The position numbers and the translations under genes were made by a program. A stretch of DNA of 63,993 nucleotides, filler included, from Sphacelaria rigidula (Eukaryota), in the NCBI GenBank assembly GCA_964200075.2. It is 3 parts of 3 records of this genome, joined end to end, with 100 filler letters (N's around TTAATTAATTAA, not from the genome) between each part and the next. Parts side by side here need not be neighbours in the genome. Positions count along the whole stretch, not along the records: positions 42,788 to 63,993 come from CAXNAA020000454.1; 2 more parts are not named here. One strand, 5' to 3'. The notes beneath the pieces were generated by a model. That model ran no database searches and was not told where the DNA came from. It saw only the letters and a program-made list of their open reading frames with translations. Below are positions 50,983 to 63,993 of the stretch, in pieces; within the stretch, counting starts at the first letter, position 1; each line of letters starts with the position of its first letter.

Positions 50983-53599
50983 GTGAGACACGAGGCGAAA
51001 CACCATTACCAGGAATGTCGTCGCCACGACTGTTCGTTGCAGCTCTCCCTGTATGATGTGCGTGCACAAAACTAGTTGGCCATGCGATACCTTTCACCGA
51101 CGGCCCCTGTAGGTGATCAGAGAGTTGGCGAGCCCTCTCTATTTTGCCGTCCTAGCCTTCCGCCGCCGCACCGCTCAGGTCAGTGACGAAGCTAAAGGCT
51201 GCTATTGCTGCCCTTGCCCTTGGTTGATGTAGCGGCGCGTTTGTGGTGGGCAGGTGTGACCAACCTTGGAATAAGTGTTGAGTATAGCGTTTCCGTAAAA
51301 ATAGGAACAAAGCTATCTGCTCACGTTTTGGAATCTATCAGCATGGACTGATGGTGGCAACGGGTGTTTTGCCACAGCATACTGTGTTGCCGACCCGCGG
51401 GTTCACAAGTGTCGGCATTCCCTCATTCGCTGGGATTTAGTTCGGGGGCTCACACGCCCTCTCACGGAATACTGTAGTAGGCCGATGAACTGCATGGCAG
51501 TTGGAATCAGTTTCCGGGTGGAGGAGAAGTCATTGTACTTGGTGGCGTGTGCGGAAAGCCTGCAGCATGGGCCATGCAACCGACTGCCGCATCGGTGAAG
51601 GGCAAAATGGAAGTGAAGTTGATTTTTCATTTGTACGGTCAACCAAATATCCGACGTGCTTGGTGCAGAGGTACAGAGGAACGACTATAAGTCGACTGGA
51701 GCGACGTAAAATATGTGGAGTTATCCAGACATGACCGCAGCCAGTAGCCAGTACATGAACATTGTAGCTGCAGCTTGCGTTCTCCTGCGACCGCTTAAAA
51801 AGGATGCGTGGTCAATGGTCAAATGAGCAAGGCAAGCAACGAATGAGTACGCCACCCCCTGCTACCCCATTTTGTCTAACCCCTCCCCGTTCCTCGGGAC
51901 GAGTCCGATTTGTCGAAGGACCAAGGTATCTTTCCCGTCGGTACGTGCCTGACAAGTGCTTGTCGAGAATTGGATGATGACAATCAGCACTCCCGCAGCC
52001 CGTCGACATTGGTCGCTATTTTTCTGAACTTCGTTCTCATGCTTTTTCTTGACGGGAATCGGTGAACCAACCATGACTACTGGAATTCGAACTCTGTAAT
52101 CTGCCGAAACTGGTCGAGATGATGTACCAGTTTCACCAGCGGGGCCCTGTACACCGCAACTCCAACGGGCGATCAAGCAGCAAGCGGGCAGTTTCGTACC
52201 AGACAAAAGGTAGTACAAGCTTCTATATACCATGTTGAAAATCCATGTTTGTCACCTGCAAAGTGATGAGAGAAGCAGTAAGAAGTGTTGGCCTGAGTCA
52301 CGGAAAAGTGATCGTAAGTCTGCAGTGAGAAGTGGAGTGGCAAAACGTGCTCCCACCCATGCGCGCGCCCTTCCACGCTCTGATTTTGTCCCCCATTCAC
52401 CGTGCGATGATACTTCGTATTGACTACAGAAGTGGGAAAGTCGCTGCGTCGACCTTGAAGTATGCTTGCCTTCGGGCAGCCGGCGCCTGCACATTCCATC
52501 CCTCCATGACGAAATTACGGGTGCTACCTTGCGGAAGAAGCAGGTATGTTTGGTTAGGATCAGCGCTGCGCCCAATGCGGTGAACATTGAGCTTGAAGTG
52601 ACAGCACGTCTTAGGTCGACTTGTTGATGCGTCGACGTGGCTACATTTCATGCCATTCGTTTTAGAACGTGGTGTGTACCATAGGTATGGGGATATTTGA
52701 TCTTGCGATCCGCTCCTTCAAGACTGTACATGTTTTAGAGTCTTCGCTGCTTTTTGGCATCCGTCTCGCACACGCTTCCACACAGGAACTTTGTGGTGTA
52801 CTACCTATGTCGTACACTTGGGGTCAGCCAGCGCTAGATATGAGTTGAAATGGACGGCTGGCGCCTTGTCCGGTAGCTTTGTCCGGTAGGGAATCGTGGT
52901 GAGGTCGCGCTGATAATCCTCCCCTCCTCGATAGGCGGCTATTCGCGAGGCAGCTGTTGTCGAGGAGAAACAGGCCATGTGGGATGGTATCTATCCCACA
53001 CTATGTGGCTACCAACGGCGAAGAAACTACACGTTGAGGACATGATTTGTGCTATAGCCAAAACATGGCTAACCAATACTAGCGTCGAAAATTGCACCTT
53101 GAAGGAGAAAGACACATGGAGAGAGGAATGGGCACTGAACCGCGATGTGGATGTGACACGACCCAACAAAGATGTCGAAATGTGACCAAAACTCGTGTAA
53201 CCCGATCCGATACGGATTTTAAGATGCGTGTTCAGTGTGACACGATCCACTAGAAATGTTTGTCAGCAAATGCCGTGGTGTTGCGTGCTTCGTCCACGGA
53301 TCAAGCAGGTATTACTCCAGTAGATAGCTTTGATTATGGATTTTTATTTCATTTGTCACACATGAACTCACATCTAAGGTGAGCAAAACAGAAGAACCTG
53401 CTGAAGGAAACTCGAGAAATGAGACGAAGAGAGATACAGAACAAACGAATGGTGTGAGTTGGACAAAAGACGAGAGGTAGAGGAAACAGAAAATAAAGTG
53501 AAAAAAAAGGAAAGGAAAGAGGAGAGAGGGAAAAGAGGGGAGAAGACCACGAACAACCGGTCCCGATGAAGGCAATATGCAAGTGAATGAGGGTATACT

Positions 53600-56100
53600 C
53601 ACGTCGAGTAAGCGTAGTTCATTGTACGAAGTCAAGTATTTGCAATGAACAGAGTTGGGCATACTGTGTCGTCGTGTTGAACTGGCCCCATGAACTCAGG
53701 CGGGTGGTGTTGCTCGCTACAGCCATGTAATTTGCAGGGATTCGAACGATTTATGCGGCCTCCGAGTGCGTACAGTTGTGGCAATTATTTCTTTATGTGG
53801 TCAGCCAGCCCGCATTGAATTCGAGTGGTTAGAGTTGGTGTTGGCGATGTTTGGATGCACGTCATCCAATGTTCCCTGGGTATGATCCTGTAGTATACAC
53901 CAAATAATAGGTTGAAGCATGACAGTTTTTCGCAAATATCGATTCCAATAACGACGGAAATGTCGGAAAAATAGGGAATAGTTGATAGAATAAACAAAAA
54001 ATTAAGGTAGTCTAAATTGCAAGACAGCCTTCAGAAACAGTTTTTCCTACTGACAGTCTTGCCAAAACAGCTGGGGGGTATTCCTATTCTTGTTTTCATG
54101 TGCAACCCCGACACTTTATTGCACCCAGTATCCAATAATATAATCCTCACCTTTTTTACACCGTGACACTTGGAGAAATGTTTGCACAACCTCGCGCCGG
54201 AATAGGTAACGCTAGGGAACTAGAATCAATTTGTCGAATTGGCAGCCGGTAGCATCTCAACTCTGAACACCGTGCCTGCCGTGCCCACCACTAAAGCACG
54301 TCTCCTGCCTCCCTGTTCGCAACATGTTTCCATTCCACGCAGGACAAGGTAGTCATCGCCCTCACGAAAAAGGATGAAGTAACCTGGTATGACCTCACCA
54401 CAAGTAGATGACACAGGTTAATGTGTTGTTTAATTGGTGGCTAGGACCCCCCGCAGTGCCCCATCGTTGGACAACATCGGTCGAGGTGGGGCTGGTGTTC
54501 AGAGCTTGAACACAGCGGCAGGAACGCAGTGGCAGATGAAATTCCCACGCATACGTGGAGGGCTGGTGAGCGCTACATGGGTTCATAGTGGGCGATCACT
54601 GTTCAAGTACAACTCATCTTCGTCGAGCTTCAGAGGCGTAAAGCTTTAATTGACGGCATCTTGTACTATTTTTGTTGGAGCTAGTCGTGTTATTTTCGAC
54701 GCGATGGCAACGGTAATCTTTCGGGTTATGTGATGGATCTTTCGGGCATGTGATTGAATATCAAGAGGGTTGATCTCTCTGGCTGGCTATAGTTTTGGAG
54801 ACAGGGATGGGGAGGTGGGTGGTGCGTACTCGAACGTGAAATTGTTCGGAGCTTGTCCTCATCCCGCATGTTTGACAAATGATTGTTCTGCTGGCCGTTC
54901 GAGATTGTCTCGCGTTTCGTCGCGGGATAGTTTCGTTGCTGCTACACAAGTTAGATGATTAAGATAATCGTGGTGAGCGACATATGTGTAGGATCGTCAG
55001 ACGCGCGCGCGCGTGTGTTGTTGTGTGTTTGCGCTGCGAAGAGTCGGGTTATATGTGTCGAATATGTCGGAGCGTTTTTGCCACTCGCGCAGGTGTTCCC
55101 TCTTTGGTTGAAAACGCTTGAACGTCGCCGATGGCTTCACTCGAAACGCCAGGTGCACTACAGCGGTTCTGATTGACGATGTTTGTTGAGTCTTGGTACG
55201 AAACGCACACACTGTTTTAGGTGATTCGATTGTGGACACCGAGATCGGCTTGAGATTCGGATCTTGGGTGGGCCTCACAGTCGCAAGTGCCTCCGACCGT
55301 GCGCAGGACGCGTTGATCAAACCGGCGGAGCAAGCACCGTTTTGCGGTCTACCAACACACACTTTGACCCAGGGCACTCTTTGCATCCCCCTTGCCCAAG
55401 GGTTCTTGGTATGCTTTGGGTTAGGGCGGAAGCTAATATCGGGATAGCGTGATTTCAGAAATGTGTCAGATATGAATTCAATGGCGCCAAACTCGGACAA
55501 ATCTATACGGGTGGTCGCCGGTACACGTTTTCTGCACTTGGGAGAGTCCCCAGGTTATCGGCGAGTTGAACAGCTTGCGTATGGCGTGAACCGGGTTGCA
55601 AAATACATGTCCCAGGATGTAGGTGAGTTTATGATGTCCACACGACGCGACAACGCGTGCGATCACAACCCGAATATTCATACGGTACGCACGTATTTGA
55701 ACTCATGCATACCGTGCCGTGACTCGGAGACGCTTCAAAATGCGGATAACGTGTCCCAGCGGCCACCCGTGCACCCTATTCTCTTTAGGGGGTTGGACGG
55801 GGTGAACAATTTACGGTTGGCGGAAGACCAGAGAAGGTGCTGCCAATCGTCGTTCGGAAGGGGCACCGACATTCTTCCGCTTCGCTGTGGCATGGGATAC
55901 GTCATCGTGTGGTTCGACAGGGATGCGGCGGCATGGCCTTTCACACATCTTTGTATCTTCGTGACCCGCCGGCATGTACAAATCGTAGGATCTTTTGTGT
56001 ATGTGGAGGAAGCAACAGCAGACCACAATTTCTTGCTCGTTGCACTTTTCCGCCCTTTCGGGAAGGTGTAGATTGACAAAATCGTCGTATGTTAACGGCT
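53600..56100 (-). pseudogene. Possible decayed Mutator-like (MULE) transposase
   Basis: MLSNDGALRG...GEVIPGYFILFRE has the D(x25)P spacing of the MULE core; IFCLFY may be the CxxH motif. Many stop codons. Confidence 0.25.
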
Positions 56101-58242
56101 GTTTGGTCTGTCCTCTGCCCAGTACGCGGGAGGGCCACCATTAAACAAGAAAGGCGATGCACGTGAGCATAAAAGGGGATATGTACACGAACAAAATAGG
56201 ATTTGATATTCCTTTAGCTGAGAGTAGGGTGTACCCCGCAGGCTCGATGACAAAATGGGTGCTCTAACAAGCTTACCTTTCCGTGCGCTAGTTGATCGCG
56301 TTCCATATGTCAGACAAAAGGTTGGTCATGCTGCCCAAGCACCTTATTGGGTATGGGACTGGTGCGCTGGGACGCGTTCTAGAGGTGCCCAGCTAGCGTA
56401 CAGCTCGGCGCCCGGTACCCATAAACGCGCTACCCTATTTTGTCCCTAAATTAGGGTAGACCCCTATCCGTCCATCCTCCATGATTCATTGATCGCTCGT
56501 CGCACACTGACTGATTCCAGAGGAATCCAGTCGTGATCACAAGATGGATGTGCCCAAGGCAATATTATGCTCTCAGGATAGCCTCACCCAACCAAGGGAG
56601 AAGTCAACAAACAGAAACACTCGCTGAGGGAACCATGGTAAAAGGGGATGCCTTTCCCCCCCCCCCCTCCCCCTTTTTTTTCTTTCGATTCTTGATTTTT
56701 CTCATTTTTTTCCCTTGGTCTGTTCTGTTCTACTTTTTCTATTTTTTCTTCACCTTTCTTCAGTGAGGGTTTCAGTTTTTTTTCTCGTCTCGAATATGTC
56801 CATCATGTGACTACGGCTTGATGCCTGGGGGATCAGTCAGTTGACTCTTTGGGATCCCTCCCCTTCAGTGCCCGGGCCAGGCGCCTCATTTTTTCAAGCC
56901 CCAACAAAGAAGAAACGATGGGGGAGCAAAAGAGACCGACGGGAATCATTTTCACGGCGGAAGGCCTCTGGAGAATCCACTAGCATACGCCATGCGCGCA
57001 CCAAAAATGTCTCTCCGGTGCAGTTAGATCAGTTTTCACGTGATCCCGCCGGATCACGTGAAACAACGTTTGCGTGAGATTGAAAGTAGAATGCTGATTG
57101 AGAGTGGCTTTGATCATGCGCTTCAACGTAGCCATTTTTTCATTCCGTGAGCGCTTTTCTTTGCCTCCATCGCTGGCGTGTGCTCACAGCTAAACGTCGA
57201 TATCCTACTCAAGGTATCGAGGGTCTCAGTGGCAAGCTACTACAAAAAGCATATCGGGCATCGTGGAGGGGCATTTCAGAACCGAAACAATTGATACGCT
57301 AATTGACCGCTTCTCACTCTCAATCGCATCCTCTACTCTCAATCGCATCCTCTACTCTCAAAATCACAAAAACGTTGTTGTAAGTACCCAACATTTTTTT
57401 CATCCAGGACCCCCGAATTTCGGTAATCGGATTTCAATTTTGCTCCGCGTGTATCAATAGTAGCTGTCAATGACTACCCGCAGATATCAGATGAAGGAAT
57501 GGAACCATATCTCGAATGGTTTCTGTGGATGCGAACATTCTAATTCTCTGGGTTCTCATTCTCGATGAAAAGCACCGTCCTCATAATGAATGATCGGCTG
57601 TTACTTGCGTCCCTAACGTCTGTACACACAGAAATCGGCACTGCCTCTCTATTTTCTAAATATGGAGTCTCGTGCGGCACTGGGGCAGATTCTCATATGG
57701 GTCTGAAAAACACGGCTCGGGCTAATAGTTTCGCGTGAAAGCTGTAAATACTCAACCATATATATGCTATGAAAAAAACAGCACCACCTCGGAATCCATA
57801 CCCACTTTTCCATCTCCAGTACCAAGAGGGTTTAAGATCGTAATCAATCAATCAATCCACCAATCAACCTCCATATCGACCAGGCATACTGATGATTAGT
57901 TCAAGGGTCGGACAAAAAGGGATTCCTCTGAAAATCACTTGGTTTTAGTATGATGAGTCAACTCGTGACGAATCAATCCCTAGGCTTTATTTCAGCACTG
58001 CAACCCAGGTACACGCAGTCCAGACACGTGAAATGGCGAAAAAATTGCGTAGATCGCCCTTGGACCAGCGACCAACTTTTTTCTCCCTCTTGGGCAATCA
58101 GGCCGAAGAAATCGTGAAGTTGGTGATTTTGAGTCGTGATGATTTGTCCTAACCGTGGAATAGTCCCTCTGTCCCACAAGATAAGTCCGTTTGGAAAATC
58201 TCGTTATTGGATTAGCCCGTGGTGAAATATTGCGGTAATGTT

Positions 58243-58582
58243 CACACGCGGCCATTTGGCTACACCCCAAAATGCCTCGGGAGGGATGCGTGGCCCTCAA
58301 GGGGGAAATCAAGCCTCCGGAGGCCTTCAATCCCTCTGGAGGAAACCAAACTCTACCGACCCGGAGGGCGGCGCACCCCTCCGGAGGAATTCGGGGGTAT
58401 GCGCGGCCCTCCAGAGGCAAAACTATGCCTCTGGAGGCGTTTAATCCCTCTGGAGGAAAGCAAAAAATGTCCACTGGAGGGCCGCGCACCCCTCCTGAGG
58501 CGTTTGATTCCTCTGGAGGCTCGAAAAATTTACCCAACTGGAGGAATTTTGAATTTTGGAGGTAGCCGCATGGTCGCGTGTG
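58243..58582. mobile_element. Small TIR element with CCTC(T/C)GGAGG palindromic subrepeats
   Basis: CACACGCGGCCATTTGGCTAC / GTAGCCGCATGGTCGCGTGTG inverted ends. Confidence 0.75.
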
Positions 58583-59749
58583 TACCCAATACATACAGTC
58601 GTTTTCGACATATTCCGACCTCCGACATGTCTTCCACATAAATATGGTTGCCATCATGGTAAAAAAGAAAAAGAACTGCCCCAGAGAATCACGTCTTATC
58701 ATCCCCGGCGTGAACAAGTCACAAAGTGGGCTTATGTTGTGAGATTTTCCGAAGGGAAGCCAGAGTTCTCGCAGAACTTTGGCTCAGTGTGGGATACAGG
58801 GGGTACAAAAATCATTTTTTCGATGCTCAGACCCACGGTAGTGTGTTTCGAAGTGTTGGGGACATGTATGAGAACAAGAAGACCCTCCAGACCCATGGAT
58901 AACATGATATTATCACCGAGATGGGCGCGGAGGCTGCTGCCCTTGGGAGCGCGGGCTGCTGCGTGCTCAAATAGTGCGGTGGTGGCGGCAGACTGAAAAA
59001 TGACGGTTCCGGGCGGTTCTCCGAAACGCCTCGGGAACCATGAAAAAAACCGTTTTCCCAAAAATCGATGGGAAGCTGCTGTCAACCGGTAGATCCTCTG
59101 ATCGCCGTGGGTGTGGCTGCTTGTCTATTGGGGGCTCTGCAAAAGCCTCGGTTTCGAGTTCTGCTCCGAAATTTGACGAGAACAACAGAAAAAAAAGAGG
59201 GAAAAGCCGAACATAGAAAATGCGGACGAGAAATGCGGCAAAACCTCCCAACGGAGTCATCTTGTGGGACAGACGAAATACCAATTTTGTCGTCGATATG
59301 TCGCTTCTTTTTGCTACATGCCACCCATTTATACATCGTGTCGTACTACAGTTGGGGTGCACAAACAAAGGGGTGCACAGACGTTTTCTGGGTCGACATA
59401 CTGGAGTTAGATGAATACTCTCGCGCACCCGCACTAGTAGTGCAGTTAGGACAGAGTTGCGTTTGAGCAAGAGGCGGTCCTCTTGCGGGCAAACGTCACA
59501 AATAGTCATTTTACTTTCTGTTTTGTTTCACAACGTGATACTGCCCCAGACAAGTTCCGGCCAAAAATTACGTCCCTACCGTAGCACGGCTCTCTCTTTC
59601 TCTCGAGGTCACGAATTCATCTTCCAGAGAGTGGACTCGACAAAGCGTAAAACTACCCCTCACTGCCGCGCATTGCGGGTTTGAGAAGCCGTGCAGCAGA
59701 ACAAATGGTGTGATCTCGGGTCTGAGAATATTTCGGAAACCTAATACTC

Positions 59750-60450
59750 TAATATGAAGAACGGTCGACATGAGCACAAGATTCGACGCGTCGGAGGGTG
59801 TCTACGGTCTAGGGATGGGTGACTATCGAAATTATATTGGTTTCGGTAGGGACATTGGCACTCCGAATACTCATCCACATCAAAACGATACTGAAGGTCA
59901 CGAGCCACGACGAGCGCATGGCTACATTCCGTATAACCCACCACCCCCGCCATCGCATCGATACCCCCAACACCACCAGGGGCATGGGCAACAGTATCAT
60001 CACGGGACATACAGATCCGCCACTGCTGGGAGGCGTGGTGGTAGAGGAGGGCGAACGTTATGGACTGGAGATCGTGGACATGGAGCTGTGCGAAATGTGA
60101 AACAACGAGTTGACAGTGCTCCAGGCATAAATCCCTCGGGGCAACCGTGGCCGCACGGTGCTGCCGGATGCGGTGCTGCCGCCACACAAGGACACAGAGT
60201 GGGGCACGAGGTCGGTGGTAATCCTGGAAGTGCGTCGATCGCGCAGGTAGGTGTTGGTTTGACTAGCTCACTGTTGTATGCGCTTTTCGAAGGAGTTGAT
60301 TAGGAGGTCTGTTTCTACCTCAGGGGTACCATATAGATGCGGACCTTCCTTGAGGCTGACCCGACGCCTGAAACGTGCACTCGTGAAGGATGGGTGCGGT
60401 TCATCTTCCCCGGGAAAGAGGGGCTGTAGGTTATGACTTCTGACTCGGTG
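59750..60450 (-). pseudogene. Possible decayed LINE APE-endonuclease
   Basis: Ordered weak motifs VRSHNLQPL, VSLKE, ITFALLYHH and ALVVARDLQ (GDFN-like). Confidence 0.25.
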
Positions 60451-61159
60451 TAGGGTGTACGGAGCGTGTGGGAACGCGACGTAGACTTGGACTAGGTAAG
60501 CCTTGTAGAGCAGGGCTGAGGGCGAGGTATGGACTGAGAGGCGGTAGGGCGTTGGGTGAGGAGCATGACCTCAACCCGCCTAGTACGGAGCATGACCCCA
60601 ACCCGGACTGGGAATGATAGTCTCGAGGTTGAGAGGCCCGCTGTGACGGTCCGGGTGACAGACCCGGGTCGTTAATAAGCGGATCGGGTCATATAGAGGT
60701 AGTGATGGCAACATCCCCCAGCTGCGAGTACAGCGGTGTTAGCCGGCTACTCCGCTGAAGGTAGAAGAGAAGGGGTTTTAACCGCTTGGAATGAGACCTG
60801 ACGGGTTTACTAATAATCCTGTCAGTACATGGTTAGTTGTAGGACAAGTTCACATGGATTATGTGGTGATCTGTGCATATAGGGCGGATTTTTCTTTGAC
60901 TTGGACGAAAGAAATCGTGACGTTTTCAGAGCGGAGATCCGCAACCCAGAAGCAAATGCATGACGTGGACAGTGCGACTTTTGACCTGCAGGGTTCGATA
61001 GCTGACATTATATTTGCTGACGTACACGCGTACGTGGGGTACAAAAGTAATTTGCCTGCACGTGGTGCGACTTGTGGCAAATGATCGTGACTGATAGTTG
61101 GGTGAATTGGGACGGTGAAATCTGCATGTTGATCATTTTGGGTGGCCGAAGACATGGAA

Positions 61160-62795
61160 TGAAAATTTCACGGTTCCGATGAATCACAGTTCAAACGGGT
61201 TAACTCCCCGTGAATGCTGAATGCGAATCATGTACCAAAGAGTCATCCTGCATGAATCACGGATGTTGAAGTTGTATGTTCAAGGTCAAACCGCACGAAT
61301 CACGAACTCGCAATGTGTACACTCCAAGTAGTATCAGACGAATCAAGAGTGCAAAGTATGTACGTATCACGATTCTTGTATGAATCATGAACGGGAAACA
61401 TGCACACTTGATTCATATCGTATGGATGGAAGGTGAGGAATATGTATTTTACATGCTGCATGAACGGAGAGTGGGGAAATATGTAATCTTGATTCACCTT
61501 GTATGGATGAAAGGCTGAGAACATACACGTATGATTCATATTACATGAACGAAAGTTGAGGAATGTGTACGTGTGATTCACCTCGCATGAATGGAAGGTG
61601 CAGGGCGTGTGACTCATGCTGTATTGATGACAAGGGAGATATATATGCTTGATTCGCTCTCGTATGAACAGAAGGTGAGAAACAGGTACATATGATTCAT
61701 TCTCACGAGCGCGAGGCGAAAAACGTGTACATGAATCGCGTGATTGATGCTGTATGAATCATGAAAAAACAAACAGCTAGAATAATAACTTTAGGCGCGC
61801 AGGTTCGTGCTGTGCCATGCTGTACCGTACAGTCCGTGGACTGCAGAGTACGCTGTCGCAGTATTCCCGAATACTCCCGCGAGCATGCGAGGACGACTCG
61901 TGCTCGTGCTGTGTTCTTCGCAAGTGTTCGAGGCATTGTATACAGTGTGTTCAGGTCAACTGTACCACAGAACACATGAAACCACGAAGGCTATCAACAG
62001 CATAGCTCGGGGGGGAGAAAGTGGCTAGAAAGACCGCTCTGAGCACGCAGACGCGTGTGTTGTACTATAGTTGATGTATTATGTGTGAGTACGAAATTTG
62101 AAATTGGGTTACATTGCGGATTTGGCTCTAGAGGGGTTCGCGACCTGTACGCTCTAATTTACCTACCCCACCTGCAAAAAGGGACGCGCTACCGAAGAGT
62201 CGCCCCCATGAAATGAAGGTGGGAAACAATACTTTCGCGTGATTTATATCATATTAACAGCAGGTGGAGAAAATATACGTATGGTCCACGCTGCATGCAT
62301 GAAAAAAGGGGAAACATGTACACTTAGTCCAACTTGCATGAGTTGAAGGTAGGGAACATCTACGTATGATTCATGCCGCATGGATGGGAATAGGGGAACA
62401 TGCACCTGTAATTCACTTCTTATGATTGGAAGGTGGAGAACATGTACGTACGATTCATGCTGCATCAACGGAAATTGGGAATCATGTACGCTTGACTCAC
62501 CTCGTATGAATGGAAAGTAGGGAACGTGTGCTCATGATTCATGGTGAATGGATGGAAATTTGGAAACGTACCTATGATTCACGCCATTCGAATGGAAGGT
62601 AGGAGGCGTGTACCTCTAACGGTGTGCCGCACGAATCACAAACTGGGAATGTGTACACTCAGAGTGCTGTTGTACGAGTCACGAACCGAAAACATATACA
62701 AATCATAACTTGTGTACGAATCGTATGGTTGATTCGCCCATATGTTGAGCATGAGTCGAATCATAATTTTATTCGTCCGAATCGTGAAAACTTTC
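61160..62795. repeat. Degenerate ~55-60-bp tandem repeats in two blocks, probably TE subterminal repeats
   Basis: ATGAATGGAAGGT..GGAACATGTAC...TGATTCA-like unit at 61290-61760 and 62210-62660, with weak inverted ends at 61160 and 62795. Confidence 0.7.
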
Positions 62796-63929
62796 ACCAC
62801 TACTTGAGGCATGAGCGGAGGGACAGGCCAAAATGTATGAACGAAACCTTAACAAAACGTGTGATGCTGCGTAGTGTGTGATCCGGTGGATCCGTTTAAC
62901 GGACACGATCGGGAGAGTCGATCAGAGGGCATAGCTAGCAGCCAAACAGGATAGGATAGAAATGTAATATTGCTCTAAGGTAAGGCAAAGAGAAGGAAGT
63001 GAGCGAATAGGCGTGGCCGTACGCCCGGACATAAGATCAGAACTCTCGTTGTCACCGACACGCCAACTGCGATAGTAAATCCCACCGCGTGTAACGTGTC
63101 AAACACGGGGCAGAAATGCCTCACTACTGCATCGTAGATTCAGCACCGTAGACCGTACATGTTCACAGGAACATCCTCAACTGGCACACTAGTAGGCAGG
63201 GTCGCAACAAACACTCCAGAGGAATACTTCAGCTATCCGAGCAAGAAAAATCTCTTTCGTCACACGTCAGTCAACTGGTGCGTTCGTTTAGGAAGGTCAC
63301 ACCTGTGCCCATCCAGGGACATACCAAGAAAACCATGCAGCAGGTACACCCCGCTGTAAAAAGTCACATTCGCATCTATTTCTGAAATGCCAACAGAACT
63401 TGGCCATATGCCCAACGATACGATCGGCGTATCCGAGACTCAAACAGGCTCTTTCAAAACCAGAGAATATTCCGCACTTCGAACCAGACACATATATAGG
63501 CGCATGGTGTGCCGTCGAATGCGACAGACATTCAACACTATAGCGCATACTAAGCGTCGGTTCAGGCCATTTCATGTCATGCTTGTAACAGTATAAAACC
63601 ATGCTCCCCAGGATCACTTGATCCGCTCATACTCAGCACATACAGCTGTATCATGCCAACCAGACTGTACACCTCGCGCAGTAGACATGAGCCATTTTTC
63701 AAATCCCTGATACAAATTCTCCGGAACAAGGAACTCATATAAGTAGATGAAAGTCGAGCACATCATCTCCTACTTCAAGCCCCTCCTGGTAAGTAACTGG
63801 CCGAGCAATACGATCAACACCTTCAGACAAACACAAATGAGCACGAAACCAGGATCATCCACCCTCCTCCCTATTTCTGCTAGTAACAGTCTGCTTTTAT
63901 TTCTCTTCCCCCCCAACCCCGGTTATATA

Positions 63930-63993
63930 GCCTGGTCCGGCGAGAACCCGGCGTGCTCCGTCCCGGCTTTGTAGGGGCGGACCCCCGATGGGG
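63930..63993 (+). repeat. Dispersed repeat
   Basis: CCTGGTCCGGCG.AAACCCGGCGTGCTCCGT also occurs at ~3349 and ~50744. Confidence 0.7.

Noticed and set aside
59770-60303. 177-aa His/Gly-rich plus-strand ORF as a gene
   Set aside because: No domain and no splice support. It may be the antisense of a decayed endonuclease.

Overview
Repeat-rich eukaryotic nuclear DNA of roughly 50% GC, with small GT-AG exons in long TE-filled introns. The RTE-LINE/MITE landscape suggests a stramenopile, probably a brown alga (inference). The window is three ~21.3-kb scaffolds joined by artificial 100-nt spacers (N44-TTAATTAATTAA-N44 at 21295-21394 and 42688-42787), so adjacency across them means nothing. Partly traceable host genes: a CFAP97/KIAA1430-domain gene (+), a divergent gene with an F-box-like exon (-), an ankyrin/coiled-coil gene (-) and a CS/p23 calcyclin-binding-protein-like gene (+). 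Most of the rest is decayed RTE and other LINEs, tRNA-derived SINEs and TIR MITEs. The standout is a ~1.8-kb intronless, virus-like cassette at 28228-30019. It holds a D5-type superfamily-3 helicase and a family-B DNA polymerase 3'-5' exonuclease domain, head-to-head on a shared CATG. A TGATG-coupled ORF with a degenerate PolB motif A follows. The cassette sits precisely inside one unit of a local repeat.
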